Source: an uncultured Alphaproteobacteria bacterium
GTDB lineage: Bacteria; Pseudomonadota; Alphaproteobacteria; HIMB59; GCA-002718135
Assembly (NCBI GenBank): GCA_902553945.1
Contig: CACDMT010000001.1
Span: 7,239 to 71,238 of the forward strand
Reading direction: 5' to 3'
Length of the DNA: 64,000 nt
Shown here: positions 29,114-38,195 of the stretch, one piece after another
Position numbering within the stretch: the first letter of the stretch is position 1
Layout of the letters: each line of letters begins with the position of its first letter
Notes under the pieces: generated by a model
What the model saw: only the letters and a program-made list of their open reading frames with translations
Databases searched by the model: none
What the model was told of the DNA's origin: nothing
Position numbers and translations under genes: made by a program

Positions 29114-30181
29114 ATGAGTGAAATTTTAGAGTTAAAAAATGTTTCAAAACAATATGGAGAGACAAAAGTTTTAGATAATATTAATTTTAAAATTAATAAT
29201 AATGAATTCTTTACAATTTTAGGATCAAGCGGATCAGGTAAGTCTACAATAATACGAATGATAGGTGGTTTTACAAAACCTTCGGCAGGTGAAATAATTT
29301 ATGAGAATAATATTATTAACGATGAACCAATTTTTAATAGACCATTTAACACAGTATTTCAAGATTACGCATTATTTCCAAATATGAATGTTTTTGATAA
29401 TGTTGGATTTGGACTTAAAATAAAAAATATAAATAAAGGTGAGATAGAAAAAAAAGTCTTAGATGTTTTAGCAGTTGTAGGCTTAGAAAATTTTTCAAAA
29501 AGAATGCCTCAAGAATTATCAGGAGGCCAACAACAACGAGTTGCACTGGCAAGAGCTATTATTTGTGAACCTAAAATTATTTTATTAGATGAACCCCTTG
29601 GTGCTCTTGATGCAGAATTACGAAAACAAATGCAATTATTTTTAAAAGAAATTCAGAAAAAAATTCAAATTACTTTTATATTTATTACTCATGATCAAGA
29701 AGAGGCTATATTTTTATCAGATAGAATAGCCGTCCTAAATAAACATAAATTTGAACAAATAGGTTCGCCAAAAGATTTATACTATTCACCACAAACAACC
29801 TATATGGCAAAATTTTTTGGAGAATGTAATTTAATTAATTGTAGTGTCATTAATGAAGATTCAAAATCTGTAAAAGTTAGCTCTAAATTTGGTAATTTTG
29901 TTATACCTAACAACGCTACTCTAAATCGTGATTTAGATTTTGTTTATGGAATTAGGCCTGAAGAAGTAAAACTAGTAGCTAAAAATGAAAATAGTATGAG
30001 GGTCAAAATTAGAGATATAAGCTTTAAAGGATCTACATCAACAATTAATGCAACAAATGAAAATGAAGATGCGTTATTAAAGATTCAGAATATTAGTTCA
30101 AATATTTCACAATCATTATCTGTAGGCACCTATATTGATGTTGAATTTAATACTGAATTTGGAAGTATTTTTACTGAATGA
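29114..30181 (+). CDS. ABC transporter ATP-binding protein (PotA type)
   Basis: 355 aa. Walker A GSSGSGKST, LSGGQQQR, ILLDEPLG, C-terminal TOBE-like domain. Confidence 0.9.
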   Translation: MSEILELKNVSKQYGETKVLDNINFKINNNEFFTILGSSGSGKSTIIRMIGGFTKPSAGEIIYENNIINDEPIFNRPFNTVFQDYALFPNMNVFDNVGFGLKIKNINKGEIEKKVLDVLAVVGLENFSKRMPQELSGGQQQRVALARAIICEPKIILLDEPLGALDAELRKQMQLFLKEIQKKIQITFIFITHDQEEAIFLSDRIAVLNKHKFEQIGSPKDLYYSPQTTYMAKFFGECNLINCSVINEDSKSVKVSSKFGNFVIPNNATLNRDLDFVYGIRPEEVKLVAKNENSMRVKIRDISFKGSTSTINATNENEDALLKIQNISSNISQSLSVGTYIDVEFNTEFGSIFTE

Positions 30182-31029
30182 ATTCTATATCAAATTATTT
30201 TAATACATCTATCTGGACAATAGTTAGTTTTGTCTTAGTTATTTTTTTAATTCTAATACCTCTTGCTTCTTTTTTATCTTATTCTTTTTTCACAGTTGAT
30301 GGGACAGATATTATTCATGAATTTAGTTTATTTAATTTTAAAGAATTTTTTGTTGATGAAATATATATACGTACTTTCGTAAGAACTATTTTTCTTGCAA
30401 TTATTGTAATGACATGTTGCATCATACTTGGCTACCCTGTTGCATTTTTTTTAGCTAGATATGCCGGTAGATATAAGTATGCCATTCTTCTGATGCTCAT
30501 AATTCCACTTTTTATGAGCTACATAATTAAAATTTACATGATGAGATCGATATTGGGTTATTCTGGACTAATCAATAAAGTTCTAGCAATGGCAGGTTTA
30601 ATTGATAAACCACTAGAATTTTTTTTATGGAATCAAAATTCAGTTATTATAACACTTGTTATAATTTTATTGCCTTTAATAATTATTCCAACTTTTACTT
30701 CTTTGGATAAAATTCCACAAAATATAGTTGAGGCATCTTTTGATTTAGGGTGTAAACCCTTTCAAGCTTTTAAATATATTATATTGCCAATTAGTTTCCC
30801 TGGTCTTGTTGTAGGAAGTATTTTTGTATTTATTTTAGCTCTTGGTGATTTCGTAACACCTCAGTTAGTTGGTGGTACATCAGGATTTACTTATGGTAAA
30901 ATAATATACAGTAATTTTGGGATGGCATTTAATTGGCCATTTGGTGCAGCACTTGCTAGTGTTTTATTATTTGTGTCTGTAATTATTATTTTATTAACTA
31001 ATTATCTAACTAAAAGATTGAACAAATGA
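30178..31029 (+). CDS. ABC transporter permease (PotB type)
   Basis: 283 aa, 6 TM segments, EAA-type loop EASFDLGCKPFQAFKYIILPISFPG. ATGA overlap on both sides. Confidence 0.85.
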   Translation: MNSISNYFNTSIWTIVSFVLVIFLILIPLASFLSYSFFTVDGTDIIHEFSLFNFKEFFVDEIYIRTFVRTIFLAIIVMTCCIILGYPVAFFLARYAGRYKYAILLMLIIPLFMSYIIKIYMMRSILGYSGLINKVLAMAGLIDKPLEFFLWNQNSVIITLVIILLPLIIIPTFTSLDKIPQNIVEASFDLGCKPFQAFKYIILPISFPGLVVGSIFVFILALGDFVTPQLVGGTSGFTYGKIIYSNFGMAFNWPFGAALASVLLFVSVIIILLTNYLTKRLNK

Positions 31030-31826
31030 CCAGATCAGAAAATTACACTAAATATCTTTTAGCTTGTTTAACTGGTTTAATAGTAGCTGCATTATATGCA
31101 CCAATAGTTTTAACAATCTTTTATTCTTTTTATAAATCAAGAAAAGGAAAGGTGGACTGGGGTTCTTTTTCTTATGAGCCATATACAAAATTAATATTTG
31201 AAAGACAGATATTAGAATCCTTAATGAACTCAATTTATGTGGGTGTGGTCACAGTAATTTGTTCTGTAATTATTGGTTTTTATTTTGCAAACTATTACCA
31301 TACGAGTAAAAGCAAAATGAAAGAATTTTTGCAGTTTATTATCTTTCTTCCCTTTTTATTACCACCAATTATAACAGGTTTATCACTCCTGATATTTTTT
31401 AGAGAAATAAATCTTCCAAGATCCTTAAATACTGTTGTAATTGGTCATACAATATTTGTTCTAGCAATAGTATTTAAAATTATTTTAAATAAGTTAGAAA
31501 CTCTTAAACCTTCTTTAATGGAGTCTGCGTACGATTTAGGAGCAAGTAAATGGCAGGCATTTTATTATGTTTTACTTCCAAACATTAAATTATCTCTAAT
31601 AATAGCAGGACTTTTAGCATTTACTATTTCATTAGATGAAACTTTAATCACATTATTCTTGATTGGAAATGACACTACTTGGCCAATAAAACTCTGGGCA
31701 AAAATGAGGGTAGGATTTTCTAAACAAGTCAATGCTTCAGTAACATTAATATTGATACTAACATCATTATTAGTATTATTAATAGCAAGTATAATATCAA
31801 GATCTGAAAGAAAAATAATGTATTGA
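31026..31826 (+). CDS. ABC transporter permease (PotC type)
   Basis: 266 aa, EAA-type loop ESAYDLGASKWQAFYYVLLPNIK. Confidence 0.85.
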   Translation: MTRSENYTKYLLACLTGLIVAALYAPIVLTIFYSFYKSRKGKVDWGSFSYEPYTKLIFERQILESLMNSIYVGVVTVICSVIIGFYFANYYHTSKSKMKEFLQFIIFLPFLLPPIITGLSLLIFFREINLPRSLNTVVIGHTIFVLAIVFKIILNKLETLKPSLMESAYDLGASKWQAFYYVLLPNIKLSLIIAGLLAFTISLDETLITLFLIGNDTTWPIKLWAKMRVGFSKQVNASVTLILILTSLLVLLIASIISRSERKIMY

Positions 31827-31830
31827 TACA

Positions 31831-32604
31831 ATGGATAAAAGATTATTAAATAAAAAAATAGTTGTTACTGGTGGCTCTAGAGGAATAGGGGCCGGCATTG
31901 TGAAAAGACTTTTTGATGAAGGTGCTGAAGTAATCATAGCCGATATTAAAGAGGATTTAGCTAAAAAATTAATTGAAGATTTAGATACAAAAAAAGTAAC
32001 ATTCTTTCAAACTGACTTATCAGAAGAAAATGAAATAATTAAACTAATTGATTTTACTAAAAGTCACTGGGGCTCAATGGATATTTTGATTAATAATGCT
32101 GGTATAGAAGATGGTTTTATGTTGTCAGATCAATCGTATGAAAAATATAGAAAAACTATGAAAGTAAATTTAGATGCTCCATTTTTATGTTCAAAATACT
32201 CTCTCCCATTATTAGAAAAATCAAAGTCAGCAAGAATAATAATGATTTCATCTATTCAAGGTGTAAGAGGATACAAAGGCAATATTTCTTATAATACAGC
32301 TAAAGGTGGTCTTATAAATATGACCAGAGTACTCGCAGTAGAATTAGCAGAAAAAAATATACTTGTTAATTCAGTTGCTCCAGGTTTTATAAATACGCCA
32401 ATGTCTGTAATGAAAGATGGAAATTTAGAGTGGGATACAGATTGGTTTAAGGATGTATATCTTAAATATGGAAAATTGCCTATGGGTAGATATGGTCATC
32501 CAGATGACATTGCAGGTGCTGTCTATTTCTTTTGCTCAGAGGATAGTAAATATGTAACAGGTCAGACTTTACTTGTTGATGGAGGTGTTTCAGTTACTTT
32601 TTAA
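31831..32604 (+). CDS. Short-chain dehydrogenase/reductase (SDR)
   Basis: 257 aa. TGGSRGIGAG, NNAG, YNTAKGG (YxxxK). Starts 4 bp after the potC-like stop. Confidence 0.85.
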   Translation: MDKRLLNKKIVVTGGSRGIGAGIVKRLFDEGAEVIIADIKEDLAKKLIEDLDTKKVTFFQTDLSEENEIIKLIDFTKSHWGSMDILINNAGIEDGFMLSDQSYEKYRKTMKVNLDAPFLCSKYSLPLLEKSKSARIIMISSIQGVRGYKGNISYNTAKGGLINMTRVLAVELAEKNILVNSVAPGFINTPMSVMKDGNLEWDTDWFKDVYLKYGKLPMGRYGHPDDIAGAVYFFCSEDSKYVTGQTLLVDGGVSVTF

Positions 32605-32606
32605 AT

Positions 32607-33743
32607 ATGAAAATTACAAAAATAGAAGTTCATGTAGTTGGCCCTGAAGATGAGCGCTACACTTGGTCAGAAGATATTGAAGAAGTATATCAAAGTAACA
32701 CTTTAATTAAAATTTATACTGATGAAGATATTATAGGAGAGGCAGCTGTATGGAATGCAACATATTTTGAGTATGATAAGTATACCGCTGAGTCACTTAG
32801 ACATTTACTGCCAATATTAATTGGAAAGGATCCTCTTAACAGAGAAGAAATACTTTATGAAATAAGACCTAGGGTTTTTCCTCAGCCACCTGGTGCGCAA
32901 GCTTTAATTGATTGTGCGTTATGGGATATTATCGGAAAAAAAAGCAAAACTCCAATTTATAAAATTCTTGGAGGAAGAAGAGATAAAATTAAATCATATG
33001 CAAGTACAGTAATGTATGACACTATTGATCAATACTTAAAGGTAGTAGAAGATATGAAAGAAAAAGGTTTTTCTGCTGTTAAGTTTCATACCTATTGTAT
33101 TCCAAAAAAAGATTTAGAGTTAGCTGAAGCTGCAAGGAAAGCATTTCCTTCTATGTCTTTTATGATTGATGCTGAAAATAATTATGACTTAGAAAGTTCA
33201 ATTTATGTAGCAAAAAAATTAGAAAAACTTGACTTTACATGGTTTGAAGCTCCTTTACCGGATTATGATTTTGCGGGATATAAAAAAATTACAGATAGTG
33301 TTGGAATAAAAGTTATTCCATCAGGCAATTGGGTTCTTGACCTTCAAAGATTTTCAGAAGCAATTAATAATAAAGTTTGGTCGGCAACAAGAACTGATAT
33401 GGCAATGATGGGAGGAATAACTAATTGTAAAAAAGCTATGGATTTATCAGCGGCCGGAGGCCTTGATTGTGAAATTATGTCATGGGGATACACATTAGTA
33501 TCTGTTGCAAATTTACATGTTATGTTATCATCCGATAATTGCACATATTATGAACAACCTTTACCATACAATAATTTTGAGTTTGGTATGAAAGATGTTT
33601 TAAGAACAAATAAAGATGGGTATATCTATGCTCCAACTAAACCTGGCTTAGGTATGGAAATTGATTGGGAAAAAATGAATGAAAAAATTATTCATTCAAT
33701 TTATTGTAATGATGGAAGAAATATTAGCAATGTTCATTCATGA
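32607..33743 (+). CDS. Enolase-superfamily (MR/MLE family) protein, paralog 3, with atypical active-site positions
   Basis: 378 aa. ALWDIIGKKSKTPIYKILGG, MIDAENNY and WFEAPLP ligand contexts are conserved. The third-ligand context reads PSGNW and the His context reads EIMSW (see finding). Confidence 0.75.
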   Translation: MKITKIEVHVVGPEDERYTWSEDIEEVYQSNTLIKIYTDEDIIGEAAVWNATYFEYDKYTAESLRHLLPILIGKDPLNREEILYEIRPRVFPQPPGAQALIDCALWDIIGKKSKTPIYKILGGRRDKIKSYASTVMYDTIDQYLKVVEDMKEKGFSAVKFHTYCIPKKDLELAEAARKAFPSMSFMIDAENNYDLESSIYVAKKLEKLDFTWFEAPLPDYDFAGYKKITDSVGIKVIPSGNWVLDLQRFSEAINNKVWSATRTDMAMMGGITNCKKAMDLSAAGGLDCEIMSWGYTLVSVANLHVMLSSDNCTYYEQPLPYNNFEFGMKDVLRTNKDGYIYAPTKPGLGMEIDWEKMNEKIIHSIYCNDGRNISNVHS

Positions 33744-33778
33744 TTTAATAATATTTTAAATTGTTCTAATACTATTTT

Positions 33779-34186
33779 ATGAAAATAATTATGATTTATT
33801 TATTTATATGCTTTCTTTTAATGACTAATTATAGTTATTCATCAAATCATATAAAAAATTATAAATGTAAAATAAATTTTAGTACTAGTATAAAAAACAT
33901 ATCCCCTCTTGAAATGTCAGCTCCAAAAGAAATTAAAATTAAATATAACTCGGAAACAAATAGTTTAGTTGAATATATTTGGAATTATGAGAGTGTTATT
34001 AATGACTTTGAATTAATGAATAATAAAAGTAATTCAGAATTTATTGAAATAGCTCGTAAAGGATTTAAAAAAACTTTATCTAATAAAGATATAAGAAATG
34101 GAATATATTTTAAGTTATATTTTAATGATTTAAAAGCTAATCTAAGTAAGCAATTTATTAGACCTGTTAACTATAAATGTTTCTAG
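33779..34186 (+). CDS. Small secreted hypothetical protein
   Basis: 135 aa with a predicted signal peptide (MKIIMIYLFICFLLMTNYSYS). No family recognised. Two Cys only, each within an NYKC motif. Confidence 0.4.
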   Translation: MKIIMIYLFICFLLMTNYSYSSNHIKNYKCKINFSTSIKNISPLEMSAPKEIKIKYNSETNSLVEYIWNYESVINDFELMNNKSNSEFIEIARKGFKKTLSNKDIRNGIYFKLYFNDLKANLSKQFIRPVNYKCF

Positions 34187-34192
34187 TTTTTA

Positions 34193-35035
34193 TTAAATTT
34201 TGTAAATTCTCTTTGCATTCATATTCGCAATTTTAGACGACTCATCAGATGAAAGGTTTGATAAAATTTTTTTTGTTACAATTAGCCATTCGGGTAAACC
34301 CTTACCAAGATCAACTACAGGCCAATCACTTCCCCAAACTATTCTGTTAGGTCCAAAACTATCTAATACATGATCAACATAAGGCTTAATAGTTTCGTAA
34401 GATGAGGTGCCTGGTGCACAATAAGCCATTAATCCAGATAGTTTACAAGTTACATGATCTAATTCTGAAAGAGCATTAATATCTTTTTTCCAGTCATCAA
34501 TATTACCATTTGCAATTGCAGGGACTCCACAATGATTTAAAACTAAATCCATCTCATCACATGATTTGGACAATTCATAAGCAATTTTTAGTTGACCAGC
34601 ATGATAGCACAAATCAAAAGGTTTTCCTTCTTTGCCAATTTTTTTTACATTTTCCTTAAAAATGCTTTGTTGAGATAGTTCATCAGGCATAACATGAAGT
34701 ACTCTTCTATAACCTACTACTCCAAGTGATTTGGATTCATCTAGCCACTGATCAAATTCATTACTTTCCTCTGGCCTAATAGATAAAATTAATCCTTTTA
34801 TTCCATTTTCTGATTTAGACATTAGTGAATTAATAAATTTTGATTCATTTTTATAATCAGGATCATCAACAGCACACTCCATAAATAATGTTCCCATTAT
34901 ATTAAAGTCCTTTGTTAAATCTTGATAATTTTCGACTGTGAAGTCAGAACTTGACAGAGCAGGTATATCTTTAGCCCAACTATAATTTGCTTCTTTTCTA
35001 TATATTAAGTGCTGATGTGTATCTAATAATTCCAT
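34193..35035 (-). CDS. Amidohydrolase_2 family metal-dependent hydrolase (L-fucono/rhamnono-lactonase-like)
   Basis: 280 aa. N-terminal DTHQHL metal motif, LNHCG, and WGSDWPV C-terminal motif typical of amidohydrolase_2 sugar lactonases. Confidence 0.7.
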   Translation of the reverse strand: MELLDTHQHLIYRKEANYSWAKDIPALSSSDFTVENYQDLTKDFNIMGTLFMECAVDDPDYKNESKFINSLMSKSENGIKGLILSIRPEESNEFDQWLDESKSLGVVGYRRVLHVMPDELSQQSIFKENVKKIGKEGKPFDLCYHAGQLKIAYELSKSCDEMDLVLNHCGVPAIANGNIDDWKKDINALSELDHVTCKLSGLMAYCAPGTSSYETIKPYVDHVLDSFGPNRIVWGSDWPVVDLGKGLPEWLIVTKKILSNLSSDESSKIANMNAKRIYKI

Positions 35036-35082
35036 ACTTATACAGTAACATATAATATAGCATGTTTAAACTTTTTTTATTC

Positions 35083-37155
35083 TCATACTTCAATATTTTC
35101 TAATTTTTTATCATTTAATTTATTGTGTACGATAATTTCAAATGCTTTTTCTAAATTTGATACATATTTTTTTGTATTAAATAAATTAGAGTTACTAATA
35201 TTAATTTTAACTTGTTCTTTAATTTTACTTAATTTTGTCCTATCTTTTAAAAGCTCAAAAATTAGATTCTCATATTGTTTTGCATCTGTGGTTATTAAGT
35301 TTTTCATATTAAATGAATTTAAAAGACTTGCACCAACTCTTGAAGAAAAACTTTTTCCTATTTTAGTTATAACCGGTAATCCACTATACAAAGAATCTAC
35401 AATTGACGTATGGCCATTATAGTTAAAAGTATCTAAGTATATGTCGCCAATACTGTGCCTTCCAAGATGTTCTTGATTATTAATATAATTTAAAAATTTA
35501 ATTTTTTTTATATCCACATTTCTTTTATTTGCTTCATGCTGTAAATTTTTTTTAATTTCATCATTCTCTACTAATAATATAAGATAACAATTGTTTAATT
35601 TATTTATGATCCGTGCCCAAATATCAAATTCTTCTGGAGATATTTTATAAGAGTTATTGAAACAGCACAAAACTAAGGAGTCTTTTGAAATTCCTAATGT
35701 ATTCCTTGTAACTATTGATGTAGAAATTTTTCTTTCATTAAATGTTGGATAGTAAGTATCAGGCATAAATATAATTTTTTCTGAAAAACATTTTATATTT
35801 TCATTTGGTATTACAATCTTATCAGCTAAAATATAGTCAATAAAATCAAGACCAGTGGTACCTGGATATCCCAAAAAACTTAATTGCAATGGAGCAGCTC
35901 TATAAGAAAATATATTAGATCTTGAATTTTGACTATGTCCATTTCTATGAATAGCAATGTCTATGTCATGTCTTCTTGATAAATCTGCAATTTGATTATC
36001 ATTCATATCAGCTACGTAAAAAAAATTATCAAAATATTCTTTTATTCTAAAATGAGTTTTATCTTTTTTTTGGTATCCATAATCAAACCCATAAACTTCA
36101 TATTTATCTTTATTGTGATATTTAAAAATTCCTTCCATATTTATCATACCAGCATGCTCAAAAAAATCTGGAGTAAAATAACCTATACGTATTTTATTTT
36201 TTTTCTTAATTTTTATATTTTCATCTGAAGTTTTAAATTTACTTGAATAATTATATGCTCTTTTCAACTCTAAAAATGGGTCATCATCAATTGATAATAA
36301 CTGCCAAGGTGTAGCTTCAATGCATGATTCAGTTATTTCTTTAATATTTTTTTTGCTCTTATCAAAATTTGTCCAATCACAGATTTTTCTCTCTATGTAC
36401 ATCATTTGAACATAGGATTTTAAAAATTTAGGGTTTTTTTTAATTATTTTTTTAAAATAACTTAATGATTTAGAATAATTTTTATCTTCTAGTTCTAAAA
36501 CACCTAAATTGTGATTAGCTTCATAATACTCTGGGTCTAAAGTTATTGCATTTGATAAATATTTTTTTGCAAATTCTTTTTCTTTTAACTTTATGTAAAG
36601 AGCTCCTAAATTATTGTATGCTTTTAAATAAAATTTATTTAAATCTATAGATTTTTTATAGTGATTTATAGATGAATCATTTTCTCCAATTATAGAATAT
36701 ACAATTGCAAGATTATAATGTGCAATCGAGAAATTATTATTTATTTTAATTGCTAGTTTATAATTTTGAATACTTAAACTATATAAATTTTTTTCCTGGT
36801 AAATTATACCAAGGTTAAAATATCCATCATAGTTTTTTGAATTTAATTTTATTGACTCTAGGAAACTTTCTTTAGCTTCATCATATTTGCTCAATAATAA
36901 TTGACTTTTACCCAAGTTATTAAAATATTCATAATTTTTATTATCTAAATTAATAGCTATTTTATAAAATTTAATAGCCTCCTTGTTTTGATTTTTTTTT
37001 GAATAAGATGCTCCAATAAGATTGGGTAATATTGATAATTTTTTATTTTCCTTAAATAGATTTGATGATTGAGAAATTACTTCATCAAAATTTTTATTTT
37101 CAAAAAGTTTAATTAAATATAATATTTGTTGGTCAATTTTAGAAATTTCTGACAT
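35083..37155 (-). CDS. TPR-repeat protein with C-terminal O-GlcNAc-transferase-like (SPINDLY/GT41) domain
   Basis: 690 aa. The N-terminal ~260 aa are 34-residue TPR repeats (AIKFYKIAINLDNKNYEYFNNLG and similar). The C-terminal half has IRIGYFTPDFFEHAGM and FLGYPGTTG motifs like GT41. Confidence 0.7.
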   Translation of the reverse strand: MSEISKIDQQILYLIKLFENKNFDEVISQSSNLFKENKKLSILPNLIGASYSKKNQNKEAIKFYKIAINLDNKNYEYFNNLGKSQLLLSKYDEAKESFLESIKLNSKNYDGYFNLGIIYQEKNLYSLSIQNYKLAIKINNNFSIAHYNLAIVYSIIGENDSSINHYKKSIDLNKFYLKAYNNLGALYIKLKEKEFAKKYLSNAITLDPEYYEANHNLGVLELEDKNYSKSLSYFKKIIKKNPKFLKSYVQMMYIERKICDWTNFDKSKKNIKEITESCIEATPWQLLSIDDDPFLELKRAYNYSSKFKTSDENIKIKKKNKIRIGYFTPDFFEHAGMINMEGIFKYHNKDKYEVYGFDYGYQKKDKTHFRIKEYFDNFFYVADMNDNQIADLSRRHDIDIAIHRNGHSQNSRSNIFSYRAAPLQLSFLGYPGTTGLDFIDYILADKIVIPNENIKCFSEKIIFMPDTYYPTFNERKISTSIVTRNTLGISKDSLVLCCFNNSYKISPEEFDIWARIINKLNNCYLILLVENDEIKKNLQHEANKRNVDIKKIKFLNYINNQEHLGRHSIGDIYLDTFNYNGHTSIVDSLYSGLPVITKIGKSFSSRVGASLLNSFNMKNLITTDAKQYENLIFELLKDRTKLSKIKEQVKINISNSNLFNTKKYVSNLEKAFEIIVHNKLNDKKLENIEV

Positions 37156-37214
37156 ATTTAAAGACTTTAATTACTATAAATTATTGTAAATTACTTTATT
37201 AAACATTGTAAATA

Positions 37215-38195
37215 ATGAATATTCTTCTTACTGGTGGTGCAGGCTATATTGGAAGTCATGTTGCCATATCTCTTTTAGATTCCGGGCACTCAGTCCACAT
37301 TATAGATGATCTATCAACAGGAAATAAATCATTAATTCCTAAAGGTGCAAATTTTACTCATAGTAATATTAACAACGAAGAAATAGTTAGTGATGTTATT
37401 AAAAATAATAGTTTTGATTTATTAATGCATTTTGCTGGATTTATACAAGTTGAAGAGTCAGTCAACAATCCTGAAAAATATTTTAACAATAACACTACTA
37501 ATGCTATTAAACTTTTTAATACTTGTAAGAAAAATAATTTAAATAAAATAATATTTTCATCTACGGCTGCTGCGTATGGATCTACTAAAAATAATTTTGT
37601 TATAGAGACTGATAAAATAAAGCCAGAGAATCCATATGCAGAATCTAAAATAAATACTGAAAAATTTTTAACAACTAATCACAAAGATTTTAAATTTATT
37701 ATTTTAAGATACTTTAATGTGGCTGGGGCAGATCCCTATCTTAGAAGTGGGCAAATATCAAAGAAATCAACACACCTTATAAAAATATTAAGTGAAATTA
37801 TTGTTGGAAAAAAAGATAGCATAGAAATTTTTGGAAATGATTATAATACAAAAGATGGGACTGCAATTCGGGACTATATTCATGTTAGTGATTTAGCGGA
37901 TATTCATGTCAAAGTTGCAAATTACTTACTTAAAGAACTCAAATCAAATTTATTTAATTGTGGCTATGGAAAAGGCTTTTCAGTTTTAGATGTTATTAAT
38001 GTAGCAAATAAAATATGTAATAATAAAATCAAATATACTTTTACAAAAAGAAGAAAAGGTGATGTTGAAACGTTGATATCTGATATATCAAAAATTAAAA
38101 AATACATAAATTGGCAACCAAAATTTGATAATTTAGAAATAATTATTAATTCATCATTAGAATGGGAAAAAAAAATTAATGAAAAAAATTCATAA
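37215..38195 (+). CDS. galE: UDP-glucose 4-epimerase
   Basis: 326 aa. LLTGGAGYIGSHV, STAAAYG, YAESK (YxxxK), RYFNVAGA, DGTAIRDYIHVSDLA. Confidence 0.85.
   Translation: MNILLTGGAGYIGSHVAISLLDSGHSVHIIDDLSTGNKSLIPKGANFTHSNINNEEIVSDVIKNNSFDLLMHFAGFIQVEESVNNPEKYFNNNTTNAIKLFNTCKKNNLNKIIFSSTAAAYGSTKNNFVIETDKIKPENPYAESKINTEKFLTTNHKDFKFIILRYFNVAGADPYLRSGQISKKSTHLIKILSEIIVGKKDSIEIFGNDYNTKDGTAIRDYIHVSDLADIHVKVANYLLKELKSNLFNCGYGKGFSVLDVINVANKICNNKIKYTFTKRRKGDVETLISDISKIKKYINWQPKFDNLEIIINSSLEWEKKINEKNS

Noticed and set aside
37168-37213. 9-bp direct repeat ATTGTAAAT (37183-37191 and 37205-37213), plus a repeated AATTACT in the TPR-GT41/galE divergent gap.
   Set aside because: These are short A/T-only words in a 59-bp gap of roughly 85% AT. 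Chance recurrence is likely, and I have no independent support for a binding site.
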